Shown: positions 17,158-26,170, counted from the stretch's first letter. The stretch is 58,974 nucleotides of DNA from a virus (IMGVR_UViG_3300045996_002045:1-58974); one strand, 5' to 3'. The notes: a model not told the origin generated them from the letters alone. Program-made: numbers and translations.

Positions 17158-18776
17158 TGCGCAACCCGCTGCCCTACGACGTGTCCTCCCGGCTCGAGGG
17201 CATCCGCCCCTCGGGCGACAGCTGGACCGCCCGCTGCCCCGCCCACGACGACCGCTCGCCGAGCCTGACCATCACCGTGAAGGACGACGGCAAGCTGCTG
17301 CTGCACTGCCACGCCGGCTGTGAGCAAACCGCCGTGCTCGAGGCGATCAACGCCACCCCGCAGCTGCTCAACCCCGCGTGGGAGGAGAACCGCGACGAGC
17401 GCCGCGCCGAGCCGGCGGGGGAGTGGACCCCCCGGGGCCCCGCCGTGGCCGTCTACGACTACGTCGACGAGCAGGGCACCCTCCTGTTCCAGGTGCTCCG
17501 CACCGCCGACAAGGAGTTCCCGCAGCGGCGCCCGGACCCCGCGGCCAAGAGCGGGTGGTCGTGGAAGCTCGGCGACACCCGCCGGGTGCTGTACCGGCTG
17601 CCGCAGGTGCTCGCCGCGCTCGAGGCCGGCGAGACGGTGTGGATCGCCGAAGGCGAGAAGGACGTCCACTCGCTCGAGGCCAAGGGGCTGGTGGCCACCT
17701 GCTCGCCCGGCGGGGCCGGCAAGTGGCGCGCGGAGTACGCCGAGCACTTCCCTGACGGCTCCAACGTCGTCGTGGCGGCCGACAACGACAACCCCGGCCA
17801 GGCGCACGCCCGCACCGTCGCGGCGTCCCTGAGCGCCCGCGGCGCCCGCGTCCGGGTGGTCGAGCCGAAGCACGGGAAGGACGTCAGCGACCACCTGCAG
17901 GCCGGCTTCGGACTCGACGAGCTGCTCACCACCCACGAGCCGGACCTGCCTGTCGCGCCCGACCTGGCGCCCGACCTGTGGGACTTCCTCGACGGCGAGG
18001 ACCCCGGCTTCGACTGGATCCTGCCCGGCATCCTCGAGCGGAAGGACCGGCTGATGATCACCGGCTACGAGGGTTGGGGTAAGAGCACCCTCAACCGGCA
18101 GCTGGCCCTCGGCATCGCGTCCGGGATCCACCCGTTCACCGGTGAGAACTTCGAGCCGGCCCGGGTGCTGTTCATCGACTGCGAGAACTCCGAGCGCCAG
18201 CTGCGCCGAGGCCTCATGCGCATGCTGCCGGTGGTCACCGAGACGTACGGCCAGCCTCCCGATCGCGGGATGATGCGCATCCTGTCGAAGATGGGCGGCG
18301 TCGACCTCACGAAGGACGAGGACGCCCAGTGGCTGCTCGAGCGGGCCACCGCGCACAAGCCCGACGTGCTGTTCCTCGGCCCCCTGTACTGCCTGTACGA
18401 GGAGGGCTCGAACGAAGAGGCTGCGATGCGCCGCATTCAGGTGTCCGTCGACGCCGTGCGGCACCGCATCGGCTGCGCCGTGGTCATCGAGGCGCACCCC
18501 GGGCACGGCGGATCGGCCGGCAAGCGCCCCACCCGCGTGTCCGGCTCGTCGGTGTGGCTGCGGTGGCTGGAGTCCGGCATCGGCCTGACGGACATCGAAG
18601 GGGAGACCTGCCCCAAGAGCTTCAGTCCGCTGGAGGTCGTGAACTGGAAGAAGCACCGGTACGAGCGCGCATGGCCTGAGCGGATCATGCACGGCGCCCG
18701 GGATCCGGAGACCTACCAGCACCGCGACTGGCCGTGGGTGACGGTGCCCGGCTTCCACGCCGCGGACATCGCCTAG
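17154..18776 (+). CDS. DNA primase (Zn finger + TOPRIM) / RepA-type helicase fusion
   Basis: CPAHDD..PSL...CHAGC; EGEKD; ADND; Walker A GYEGWGKS; FIDCEN. Confidence 0.9.
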   Translation: MMRNPLPYDVSSRLEGIRPSGDSWTARCPAHDDRSPSLTITVKDDGKLLLHCHAGCEQTAVLEAINATPQLLNPAWEENRDERRAEPAGEWTPRGPAVAVYDYVDEQGTLLFQVLRTADKEFPQRRPDPAAKSGWSWKLGDTRRVLYRLPQVLAALEAGETVWIAEGEKDVHSLEAKGLVATCSPGGAGKWRAEYAEHFPDGSNVVVAADNDNPGQAHARTVAASLSARGARVRVVEPKHGKDVSDHLQAGFGLDELLTTHEPDLPVAPDLAPDLWDFLDGEDPGFDWILPGILERKDRLMITGYEGWGKSTLNRQLALGIASGIHPFTGENFEPARVLFIDCENSERQLRRGLMRMLPVVTETYGQPPDRGMMRILSKMGGVDLTKDEDAQWLLERATAHKPDVLFLGPLYCLYEEGSNEEAAMRRIQVSVDAVRHRIGCAVVIEAHPGHGGSAGKRPTRVSGSSVWLRWLESGIGLTDIEGETCPKSFSPLEVVNWKKHRYERAWPERIMHGARDPETYQHRDWPWVTVPGFHAADIA

Positions 18777-18782
18777 CGGGGG

Positions 18783-18818
18783 TAGCGCTAGCGCTAGTTC
18801 CTATGGCACACTGGGGGC
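18783..18818 (+). promoter_or_regulatory. Promoter with perfect palindrome TAGCGCTAGCGCTA (18783-18796)
   Basis: TAGCGC-18-CACACT-6-ATG. Confidence 0.6.
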
Positions 18819-19115
18819 ATGAGCGAGCCCGACGGCAGCCCCGTCACCCCCGCCCCCATCCACCCCACCGGCGATGACCGGGTGTTCCTCAAGGTCACCC
18901 CTGACCCGATCGAGCGCGTCGCCATCGACATTCGGGGCATCCTGAAGTCATCGGGCGGCCGCGGTGAGCCCGACCCGGCCATCGTCGACCGGCTGCTCAC
19001 GCACTACCTCGTCGGCCAGGCCACCGCGCTGCGCAAGGGTGCGCGCCTCGTCGGAGGCCTCGACGCGCGCGAGAAGCTCCGCGACCTCGCGGACGACCTC
19101 GACCCGACGCTCTGA
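18819..19115 (+). CDS. Hypothetical protein
   Basis: Leaderless start. Confidence 0.6.
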   Translation: MSEPDGSPVTPAPIHPTGDDRVFLKVTPDPIERVAIDIRGILKSSGGRGEPDPAIVDRLLTHYLVGQATALRKGARLVGGLDAREKLRDLADDLDPTL

Positions 19116-19170
19116 CCCATCCCCATCCCCGCTGAGAACACGGCGACCTCACTCCCCAGGAGGCACCACC

Positions 19171-19419
19171 ATGTCCGAAACCACCCGCCTGTGCTTCACG
19201 ACCACGCTGATCAAGCAGACCCCCACCGTCACCGTCGTGCGCGTCTGGACCATGGGCGCGGGTCACGACGTCGTCGTCCCGCACTGGGTCGCCGAGCCGC
19301 GCATGTGGGCCGTGGGCGACTTCATGCGTCGCCACCGGCAGCTCGGCGGCTACCTGATCCACCAGACCAGCCCGCAGACCTTCGACGTCCTCATCGACCC
19401 ACAGGCCAAGGTCGCGTGA
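19171..19419 (+). CDS. Hypothetical protein
   Basis: AGGAGG RBS. Confidence 0.65.
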   Translation: MSETTRLCFTTTLIKQTPTVTVVRVWTMGAGHDVVVPHWVAEPRMWAVGDFMRRHRQLGGYLIHQTSPQTFDVLIDPQAKVA

Positions 19420-19604
19420 TGGCCGAGATCACCGCCCGCAGCATCGTCACCGTCACCACCAACGACGGCCGCACGTTCGCCTGGGACAACACCAAGAGCG
19501 GCACCGCCCCCGACCACAGCGTGCTGCTGCCCTGCGCCGTCCAGGCGCTCGTCACGCTGCAGGCCGAGGACGCCGCCGACCACGTCGAAGAGACCGTCCG
19601 ATGA
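19419..19604 (+). CDS. Hypothetical protein
   Basis: Coupled overlaps. Confidence 0.55.
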   Translation: MAEITARSIVTVTTNDGRTFAWDNTKSGTAPDHSVLLPCAVQALVTLQAEDAADHVEETVR

Positions 19605-20062
19605 CCACCGAGCCCTCCCCTGACGACATCAGGGCGGTCGCGCAGGTGCTCGCCGAAGGCCTGCGGCACAACCGTGACCTGTTCGTCGCCTTCGCCGGCA
19701 CCGCCCAGCGGGCGGCCGAGCAGATCGACGGCGTGCTGCAGGCGCTCGAACAGCTCGACAAGCCGGCGCCGCCGACTCCCCCCAAGTGGACCCGGGAGAC
19801 CGCGGCCGACGTCTTCGGAACGATCCGCGGCCACATCTTCGAGACGATCCGCGGCCAGATCACCGCGCACATGACGGTCACCGGCCAGGCGCCGATCGAG
19901 ATCGCGCTCACCACCGCCATGCGCGAGGGGCTGCTCAACCACGCCGAACGGCAGGTCGGGCACGAGATCATCCCCATCCCCGACCACCTGTTCGGGCTGC
20001 CCATCACCGTCGACGACACCATCCCGCACGACCCCGGGTTCGAGATCCGCCCCCGCCGCTGA
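19601..20062 (+). CDS. Hypothetical protein
   Basis: Coupled overlaps. Confidence 0.6.
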   Translation: MTTEPSPDDIRAVAQVLAEGLRHNRDLFVAFAGTAQRAAEQIDGVLQALEQLDKPAPPTPPKWTRETAADVFGTIRGHIFETIRGQITAHMTVTGQAPIEIALTTAMREGLLNHAERQVGHEIIPIPDHLFGLPITVDDTIPHDPGFEIRPRR

Positions 20063-20994
20063 TGCCCGACTTCCCGTGGGTGCCGTTCCTCGGCCTCGTC
20101 GCGATCATCACCGCCGTCTACACGGCGCTGTACCGCGTCGGCAGCCGAACCAACTGGACGATCAGCGACTACGTCGATCCGCTGCAGTCGCCCGTGGCGC
20201 CGTTCCAGGCCACCGACGACCTGAAGCGCATCCCCGTCGCGCTGAACGAGGACCGGCGCCCCGTCACCCTCCCGCTGCTCGGCAACCACCTGCTGATCGC
20301 CGGCGTCACCGGCAGCGGCAAAGGAAGCGTCATCTGGGCCCTGGTCGCCGGCTGCCAGCCGGCGCGGCGCCTCGGCCACGTCGAGCTCCGCGCCGTCGAC
20401 CCCAAGGGCGGCATGGAACTCACCCCCGGGTTCGAGCTGTTCGACGTGCTCGTCACCACCCCCGAGGAGGGCGTCGAGATCCTCGAGCAGGCCGTGCAGG
20501 ACATGAACGAGCGCGCCGCCCGGCTCGCCGACGTCGGCATCCGCAAGCTCACCCCCGGCGACGAAGACCAGGAAGCCGCCCTGGGCGTCGTCGAACCCCT
20601 CGTCGTCGTGCTCATCGACGAGCTGGCCGACCTGCTTGACTCCCCCGACCGGGACCTCAAGCGGCGCTGCCACGAAGCGCTGCGGGAGCTGCTCCGCAAG
20701 GGGCGGGCCGTCGGGTTCTGCGTCATCGGCGCCACGCAGGACGCCCGCGTGGAGGTCATCGGCATGCGCGCGCTGTTCCGGCAGCGCATCGCACTGCGCA
20801 CCGCCGACGCCAATCAGGCGGACATGATCCTCGGCCTCGGTGCCCGCCAAGCCGGCGCCGAGACCCACCGCATCCCAGCTGCCCACCCGGGCATCGCCTA
20901 CCTGATGACCGAGGGAGGACACCCCCGCCGCATCCGCTTCGCCTACCACTCCGACGAAGACATCACCGAACTCAGCGAGGAGGCCGCCGCATGA
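20062..20994 (+). CDS. FtsK/SpoIIIE-family ATPase with N-terminal TM anchor (TraB-like)
   Basis: HLLIAGVTGSGKGS, DPKGGMEL, VVLIDELADL, GRAVG..IGATQ. Confidence 0.85.
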   Translation: MPDFPWVPFLGLVAIITAVYTALYRVGSRTNWTISDYVDPLQSPVAPFQATDDLKRIPVALNEDRRPVTLPLLGNHLLIAGVTGSGKGSVIWALVAGCQPARRLGHVELRAVDPKGGMELTPGFELFDVLVTTPEEGVEILEQAVQDMNERAARLADVGIRKLTPGDEDQEAALGVVEPLVVVLIDELADLLDSPDRDLKRRCHEALRELLRKGRAVGFCVIGATQDARVEVIGMRALFRQRIALRTADANQADMILGLGARQAGAETHRIPAAHPGIAYLMTEGGHPRRIRFAYHSDEDITELSEEAAA

Positions 20995-21107
20995 TCCGCC
21001 GGCTGACCAACGCCCTGGACATCGTCATCGGCGACGCCCTCGACGCCCTGTACCGGCTCGCGACCTACCCCGTCACGCGCCTTGCCGACCCCGAACGGAA
21101 CCCGTGA
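20991..21107 (+). CDS. Small hypothetical protein
   Basis: GAGGAGG RBS; overlaps both neighbours. Confidence 0.5.
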   Translation: MIRRLTNALDIVIGDALDALYRLATYPVTRLADPERNP

Positions 21108-21604
21108 TCGTGAACACTTCCCCTGGCGCGTCGGCGCCCGACATGGTGCCCTCGGGTCCCATGACTTCCCTGCGCGAACGGCCGCGCCTCGACCTGCCCC
21201 CGGCGTGGATTCACCGCATCCTGACCCTTCAGGTCGCGCAGTGGTCCTTCGGCAAGATCGTCGACCTGGGCCGGCACCAGGGCACCTGGGACGAGCAGAC
21301 CGTCGTCGACGTGCTCACCGCCCACGGCCGCACCGTGCTCGGCATGCCCGGCACCCCCGAGTACCGCACCCACGGCGGCCGGCCCATCCCCGTCAACCCC
21401 ACGCAGCACGCCGTGCTGACCCTGCTGCTCGAGGACACCTCCGACGAGACGATCGCCGCGACCCTCGGCATCAGCGTCAAGGTCGTCCAGAAGCACATCC
21501 GCACCGTCTGCCAGAAGGCCGAGCTGCGGGACCGCACCAGCCTCGTGCTCGCCCTCACCTCTGGCCGCGTCCGCGCGGTGGACCTGGACGACTCCCATGA
21601 CTGA
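21104..21604 (+). CDS. LuxR-type HTH transcriptional regulator
   Basis: NPTQHAVLTLL...SDETIAATLGISVKVVQKHIRTVCQK..LRDRTSLV. Confidence 0.8.
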   Translation: MIVNTSPGASAPDMVPSGPMTSLRERPRLDLPPAWIHRILTLQVAQWSFGKIVDLGRHQGTWDEQTVVDVLTAHGRTVLGMPGTPEYRTHGGRPIPVNPTQHAVLTLLLEDTSDETIAATLGISVKVVQKHIRTVCQKAELRDRTSLVLALTSGRVRAVDLDDSHD

Positions 21605-22310
21605 CTTCCTCACCGAGATCCCGCGATGGGTCACGAACCTCGCGTTCTGGACGGCCCTCCTCCTGCTGCTCGTCACCAGTTGGGGCGTGCTGCGCTCGAT
21701 CAAGGGCATGCGCGAAGACCTCGAGAAGGCCGTCGACGACGTGTACGACTTCCTGGCCGAGCTGAAGGACGAGCGGCATGGGGTCGTGCAGCCCCTCAGC
21801 GCCCCGCTGAGCGCCTCGGGCAACGTGGTGGACATCCCAACCACCCGAACGGCTGTGGCACGCACAGACCAAGCCGTGGAGGGGCTGAAGGCCGAACTGG
21901 GCATCCCCACCGACCCCAACAAGCTCACCCGGCAGCCGGCCGCAGCCACCGAGGTGCACGTCGTCACCACCGCCGGGCACCCCGTCGACCCGCCACCCAC
22001 CGAGCAGGCCCGACTCATCCCCACCCCCAACGGTGAGTTCGAGGTCGTCGTCTCCAGCGACGTGCCAGCGACGAACGAGATCCCCGCCATGCGCCCGGAC
22101 GACCCCGGACGCATCGCCTCCAACGTCACCGACACCGGCTGGGCGTATGTCCTCAGCCCCGACTACCAGCTGGAAGTGGTCGACGGTCAGACCATTCCCG
22201 CCTTCCGCCACCCCGACGACGATGAGTCCGACCTCGAGCTCCACGGCGCCACCCGCCTCGACCTCACCCATGTCGGTGGCCGGCACCGAGCACCCGGAGA
22301 CGACGAGTGA
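21597..22310 (+). CDS. Membrane-anchored protein
   Basis: N-terminal TM helix; C-terminal GRHR motif. Confidence 0.65.
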   Translation: MTDFLTEIPRWVTNLAFWTALLLLLVTSWGVLRSIKGMREDLEKAVDDVYDFLAELKDERHGVVQPLSAPLSASGNVVDIPTTRTAVARTDQAVEGLKAELGIPTDPNKLTRQPAAATEVHVVTTAGHPVDPPPTEQARLIPTPNGEFEVVVSSDVPATNEIPAMRPDDPGRIASNVTDTGWAYVLSPDYQLEVVDGQTIPAFRHPDDDESDLELHGATRLDLTHVGGRHRAPGDDE

Positions 22311-23125
22311 CCGCCCCTGCCAAGGCCAAGCCGGCTGAGCCGGAGACCAAGGGCCTCGGCCTCTCACCGGCCGCCACCGCGGGAGGTGCGCTCGCCTCGG
22401 TCACCAGCACCGTGGCCGCGTCCAGCCTCGGCACCGCCGGCACCCTGTGGGGAGCAGCCGTCGGATCCGTCATCTCCACCGTCGCCGCCGCGCTCTACAC
22501 GCACAGCCTCAAGCGCGGCGCGACCAAGGTGACCAAGGTGATCCCGCTCGGCACACCCATGGGCGCCACCGCCGTGCCCGGCCGGGACGCCACGCGCACC
22601 ATGTCCGCCGCCACCCTCGACGCGGTCAACCAGCTGCCCGCCCACCTCGACCCCCGCAAGAGCAAGCGGTTCGACATCAAGCTCGACCGGAAGTTCTGGC
22701 TCAAGATCGCTGCAGCAGCGGTCGCCATGTTCGCCTGCGTGATGATCGCCATCACCGCCGTCGAGCTGCTCACCCACAAGCCCGTCGCCGCGCTGGTAGG
22801 CGACACCGAGACGTCCCGATCCACCACACTCGGCACCGTCACCGACGACACCCCGAGCACCCCGGTGCCCGAGGACGACCAGCAGGAGGACGCACCCGTG
22901 ACCACAACCACCCCGCCCGACGACAGCGCCCCCGAGCCCGAGGTCACCGAAGAGGCCGAGCCGACCCCCACCGGCGGTCAGGACATCACCCGCACCGCCG
23001 AGTCCACGCAGGCCGACCCGAGCGCCGAGGCCGACACCGAGGAGGACGAGCCGGAGGCCACCGAGGCACCCGCGCAGACCACCTCCGCCCCGGACGAGGA
23101 CACCGGAGCATCGGACACCGAGTGA
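22307..23125 (+). CDS. Membrane protein of a host-like actinobacterial family with acidic tail
   Basis: GGALASVTSTVAASSLGTAGTLWGAAVGSVISTVAAALYTHSL plus a further TM helix. Confidence 0.7.
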   Translation: MTAPAKAKPAEPETKGLGLSPAATAGGALASVTSTVAASSLGTAGTLWGAAVGSVISTVAAALYTHSLKRGATKVTKVIPLGTPMGATAVPGRDATRTMSAATLDAVNQLPAHLDPRKSKRFDIKLDRKFWLKIAAAAVAMFACVMIAITAVELLTHKPVAALVGDTETSRSTTLGTVTDDTPSTPVPEDDQQEDAPVTTTTPPDDSAPEPEVTEEAEPTPTGGQDITRTAESTQADPSAEADTEEDEPEATEAPAQTTSAPDEDTGASDTE

Positions 23126-23304
23126 TCACGCACGACGAGGCTGACTGCCCTCACTGCCGGGAGTGCCCTGGCTGTGAGGGCAGTCCGCTGCCCGAGGACA
23201 TCGCCAACCCTGTCGTGATCCGACTGTCCGGTGGATACGCCGGCATCCGCTGCGGCGACTGCAACGGCGAAGGCGTCGCCTGCGCATGTGGCTGCCACCT
23301 CTAG
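23122..23304 (+). CDS. Small Cys-rich protein
   Basis: CPHC, CPGC, CGDC, CACGC. Confidence 0.55.
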   Translation: MITHDEADCPHCRECPGCEGSPLPEDIANPVVIRLSGGYAGIRCGDCNGEGVACACGCHL

Positions 23305-23336
23305 CGCACGCGCTACAGCTCTGGCACCCTGGGCCC
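23302..23336 (+). promoter_or_regulatory. Promoter with palindrome TAGCGCACGCGCTA (23302-23315)
   Basis: TAGCGC-17-CACCCT-6-ATG. Confidence 0.6.
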
Positions 23337-23633
23337 ATGACCGAACCCCAGCCCGAACGCCTCGTCCTCACCATCACCCGCTGGCACGGCGACGAACAGC
23401 CCGCGCTCGTCGAAGACGTCCATGACTTCGAGTTCACCGAATCCGGCATGCTCCGCGTTGACCACAGCCTCACCGCGAACGGCTTCATCCGCGACGTCTA
23501 CGCGCCCGGTTCCTGGGCAGTCGTTCGCGCCGACGGCATGCCGGCTCCCAAGCCCGCGCCTCAGTGGCCCGACAAGCCCGGCCGTGGACGACGGGTCAAC
23601 CTCACCATGGACCCGCCTCCCTACGGCCGATGA
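23337..23633 (+). CDS. Hypothetical protein
   Basis: Leaderless start. Confidence 0.6.
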   Translation: MTEPQPERLVLTITRWHGDEQPALVEDVHDFEFTESGMLRVDHSLTANGFIRDVYAPGSWAVVRADGMPAPKPAPQWPDKPGRGRRVNLTMDPPPYGR

Positions 23634-23854
23634 CCTCCGACCGGGAGGATCCCCTCACGGCCCCCGAGTCGCAGTCGACCATCGTCCTCCGCATCGTCGG
23701 CCTGCTCGGCCTGCTCTTCGGGACCGCAGTCGGAGGGATCATCGGGGGATGGTGGTGGCTACTCGGCCTAGGGATCTTCATCGCAACAGCGCTCATCGCA
23801 GCTTCGATCGAGATTGTGCGCAGCGAGCTGGGCAAGAGACCCCGTCGCTCATGA
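23630..23854 (+). CDS. Two-TM membrane protein
   Basis: Hydrophobic hairpin; ATGA overlaps. Confidence 0.6.
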   Translation: MTSDREDPLTAPESQSTIVLRIVGLLGLLFGTAVGGIIGGWWWLLGLGIFIATALIAASIEIVRSELGKRPRRS

Positions 23855-24075
23855 CCTCCACCCACAGTGGGGTACCAGGTGCAGGTACCTGTCCCCACTG
23901 TGGATGGGGGTCACATGCATGGGGGGTACCAGTGGCTATCACACGTAGGGCTATGCGTATGCACATACAGGATAAGCATGGTGATCTATGTACATCATGT
24001 ATGAATAGTAATCATGGTATGTGTGAAGGTAAGCCTTGTGCATGTACTCATATCGTATGTGCTTCACGAAGATAG
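23851..24075 (+). CDS. Cys/His-rich small protein with AT-rich codons
   Basis: CPHCG...H...H, CTSC...H..C...CAC. Confidence 0.5.
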   Translation: MTSTHSGVPGAGTCPHCGWGSHAWGVPVAITRRAMRMHIQDKHGDLCTSCMNSNHGMCEGKPCACTHIVCASRR

Positions 24076-24300
24076 ATGTATGAATACATAGTTAGTTATA
24101 TACAATGATGATGATGTGATGTTATGAACTAAGGAATGAACAATGCCAAGTACAAACAGGAAGACAACAACAGAACGCAATCTTGGTTGGGAACATCAGA
24201 AGAACAGACGAAGGTTAATAGCTAAGCACATTGATGGAACGCCTTGTCCATGTGGAGTTGGTCGAGAGTGTGGACCTGCATGCTTGTGCCGTAAGGCCGG
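23880..24300. other. AT-rich island, probable packaging-initiation or genome-end region
   Basis: Abrupt GC drop, lowest at ~24070-24145; next to the HNH gene and upstream of terminase. Confidence 0.5.
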
Positions 24301-24505
24301 ACGTGCCTTGCCCATGTACAGATCGCAGCACCTCAACGCAGACGGCTTACCGCTTCAAGCTGACCACTCACAAGCGCGAAGCCAAGGTGGCATGAAGGCA
24401 GACAGGCTCATGCTCGCAACCTGCAACGCCTCACGAGGCGACGGCACACGCTCCACCGACATGCCAGCGTGGTGGGACCGCGACTGGAGCGGAACGCTCA
24501 GCTGA
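24143..24505 (+). CDS. HNH-like endonuclease (packaging-associated)
   Basis: LGWEHQKNRRRL...DGTPC...LQADHS...DRLMLATCNASRG; AAGGA RBS. Confidence 0.75.
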   Translation: MPSTNRKTTTERNLGWEHQKNRRRLIAKHIDGTPCPCGVGRECGPACLCRKAGRALPMYRSQHLNADGLPLQADHSQARSQGGMKADRLMLATCNASRGDGTRSTDMPAWWDRDWSGTLS

Positions 24506-24688
24506 CACAGGCCCCCCACCGAAAATCTGAGCCCCCGGCCGCCCGACCCCCGCGCCGCACAGTCAGGAGTTTCCCCCCGGGCCTCGGGACACGATTCGGT
24601 GGTGGGCATGCGGCGAGCGCTGGGAGGGCGGCAGCGGGCAGCTGAGCGGGCTGGCGGGCCATGGCGCACACGAGAGAGGGGAGCCGGC

Positions 24689-24856
24689 GTGGCTGGCGCG
24701 GTGTTCTTCGGCTGCTTGCTGGCGGCGTTCGCTGCGGGACTGTGGGCGCAGACGGGTGCGCGGCCGGCGCGGTCGGGCGACTGGCTGATGGTGTGCGCGG
24801 CGCTGTTCGGCGCCGGGATCGTGCTGGGCGTGGTGCTGACACCGGGCGCTCTGTAG
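24689..24856 (+). CDS. Small two-TM membrane protein
   Basis: GAGGGGAG RBS before GTG; hydrophobic. Confidence 0.5.
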   Translation: MAGAVFFGCLLAAFAAGLWAQTGARPARSGDWLMVCAALFGAGIVLGVVLTPGAL

Positions 24857-25045
24857 GCGCGTCGGGCGCGGCGTGCCGTGTGACAGCGGGCGACTTGTGC
24901 CAAGGCGTCGTGCCCTAGTGCGTACAGGCGCGACGAGGTTCACGTTACGCATGTCGTCGCTATCACGGCATCTGACATCACCTCTACGTAACGTCATCGG
25001 CGAGGTCGGAAGGGCCTCATGTCGTTACAAAGGAGGGTCGCCGTC

Positions 25046-25798
25046 ATGCGTTCGGCGGTTCGGAACACCATCACGGTGGGGTCGGTGGGCACTGCCCTGC
25101 TGCTCCCGCTGGTCACCGCTGGGACTGCATCGGCGCATGTCTCCACGCCCGCTCCCGTGGCTCCGGCCGCGGTGCAGGCTCCGGCTCCGGCTGCGGCCGA
25201 GCAGGGGAACGGGACCCACAAGGTCAAGCCGGGCGACACGATCGCCAAGATCGCGAAGGCTTACGGCGTCCGCTGGGACGCGCTGGCCGACCTGAACGGC
25301 GTCAAGTCTCCGTTCGTGATCTTCCCGAACCAGGTGCTGAAGCTGCCCGGTGGGGCGACCGCTCCGGCGGCCACTCCGGCGCCCGTGGAGCACACCTCGC
25401 GGGGCGCTGACCGCTCCGCTCCGGCCCCGACGCCGTCGGTGTCGAGCTCCGGCAAGGGTGCCGGCGCGGTGGCCTACATGTTCGAGCAGATGCGGCAGGG
25501 TGACCGGTACGTCTACGGCGCGAACGGCCCCAGCCAGTGGGACTGCTCGAGCCTGACGCAGGCTGCCTGGAAGTCACAGGGCGAGAACCTGCCGCGGACG
25601 TCGGCTGCGCAGGCCTCGGCCGGCACGGCGACGACCCGCGCGGCGCTGGTGCCCGGTGACCTGGTCCGCTACCCGGGCCACATCGCCATGTACATCGGCA
25701 ACGGCGAGGTCATCCACGCGGTGAACAAGAACGTCGGCCTGAAGGTGACGAGCCTCGACTGGGCAGGGTCGCCGACGGGTTACCGTCACATCGGCTGA
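25046..25798 (+). CDS. Secreted LysM + NlpC/P60 (C40) peptidoglycan endopeptidase
   Basis: Signal peptide (TASA); HKVKPGDTIAKIA...IFPNQVLKLP; YVYGANGPSQWDCSSL...GDLV..PGHIAMYIGNG..IHA. Confidence 0.9.
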   Translation: MRSAVRNTITVGSVGTALLLPLVTAGTASAHVSTPAPVAPAAVQAPAPAAAEQGNGTHKVKPGDTIAKIAKAYGVRWDALADLNGVKSPFVIFPNQVLKLPGGATAPAATPAPVEHTSRGADRSAPAPTPSVSSSGKGAGAVAYMFEQMRQGDRYVYGANGPSQWDCSSLTQAAWKSQGENLPRTSAAQASAGTATTRAALVPGDLVRYPGHIAMYIGNGEVIHAVNKNVGLKVTSLDWAGSPTGYRHIG

Positions 25799-25816
25799 TC
25801 CCTCCGTGACGCCGCG

Positions 25817-25862
25817 GTGAGGGGCCCGGCACCTGCTCAGATCAGGTCGCTGGGCCCCTCAC
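25817..25862. terminator. Bidirectional hairpin terminator
   Basis: GTGAGGGGCCCGGC...GCTGGGCCCCTCAC between convergent genes. Confidence 0.7.
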
Positions 25863-26002
25863 TTGCGCTTCCGGCCGCCCTTGCCCTTGCGCTTGCCGCC
25901 CTTGCTCTTGCTGTTGGCGATCTTGGCCGACTTCGTCTTCGAGTACCCCTTGTCGCGGAGCGCCTCGTACACCTTCCAGTTCTTCACCGACTTACCAGGC
26001 AT
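25859..26002 (-). CDS. Small highly basic protein (SVKNWKVYEALRDKGYSKTKSAKIANS)
   Basis: Resembles a known actinobacterial small basic family; CACGCT-6-ATG leaderless start. Confidence 0.7.
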   Translation of the reverse strand: MPGKSVKNWKVYEALRDKGYSKTKSAKIANSKSKGGKRKGKGGRKRK

Positions 26003-26038
26003 GCCCTCAGCGTGCTCCGCGCCACGCTTCCGGGGTAC

Positions 26039-26062
26039 GCGCGCGTGCGCTAGTCTGGCAGC
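26039..26062 (+). promoter_or_regulatory. Degenerate palindrome GCGCGCGTGCGCTA overlapping -10 TAGTCT
   Basis: TAGTCT-6-ATG(26063); lies between divergent small genes. Confidence 0.5.
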
Positions 26063-26170
26063 ATGAGGAACCTGATCAGCCGCATCCGTACGTACGCCTC
26101 CGGCGCCTGGGCCGACTACGTCGCCGTGCAGGAGCAGGTGGCCAAGGTCAGGCGCAAGGGCATGCTGTGA
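26063..26170 (+). CDS. Small protein MRNLISRIRTYASGAWADY...
   Basis: Leaderless start after TAGTCT. Confidence 0.45.
   Translation: MRNLISRIRTYASGAWADYVAVQEQVAKVRRKGML

Noticed and set aside
24857-25045. c-di-AMP (ydaO) riboswitch expected upstream of an NlpC/P60 gene
   Set aside because: The conserved GCCGAATCC and GTCAGCTAAC elements are not visible
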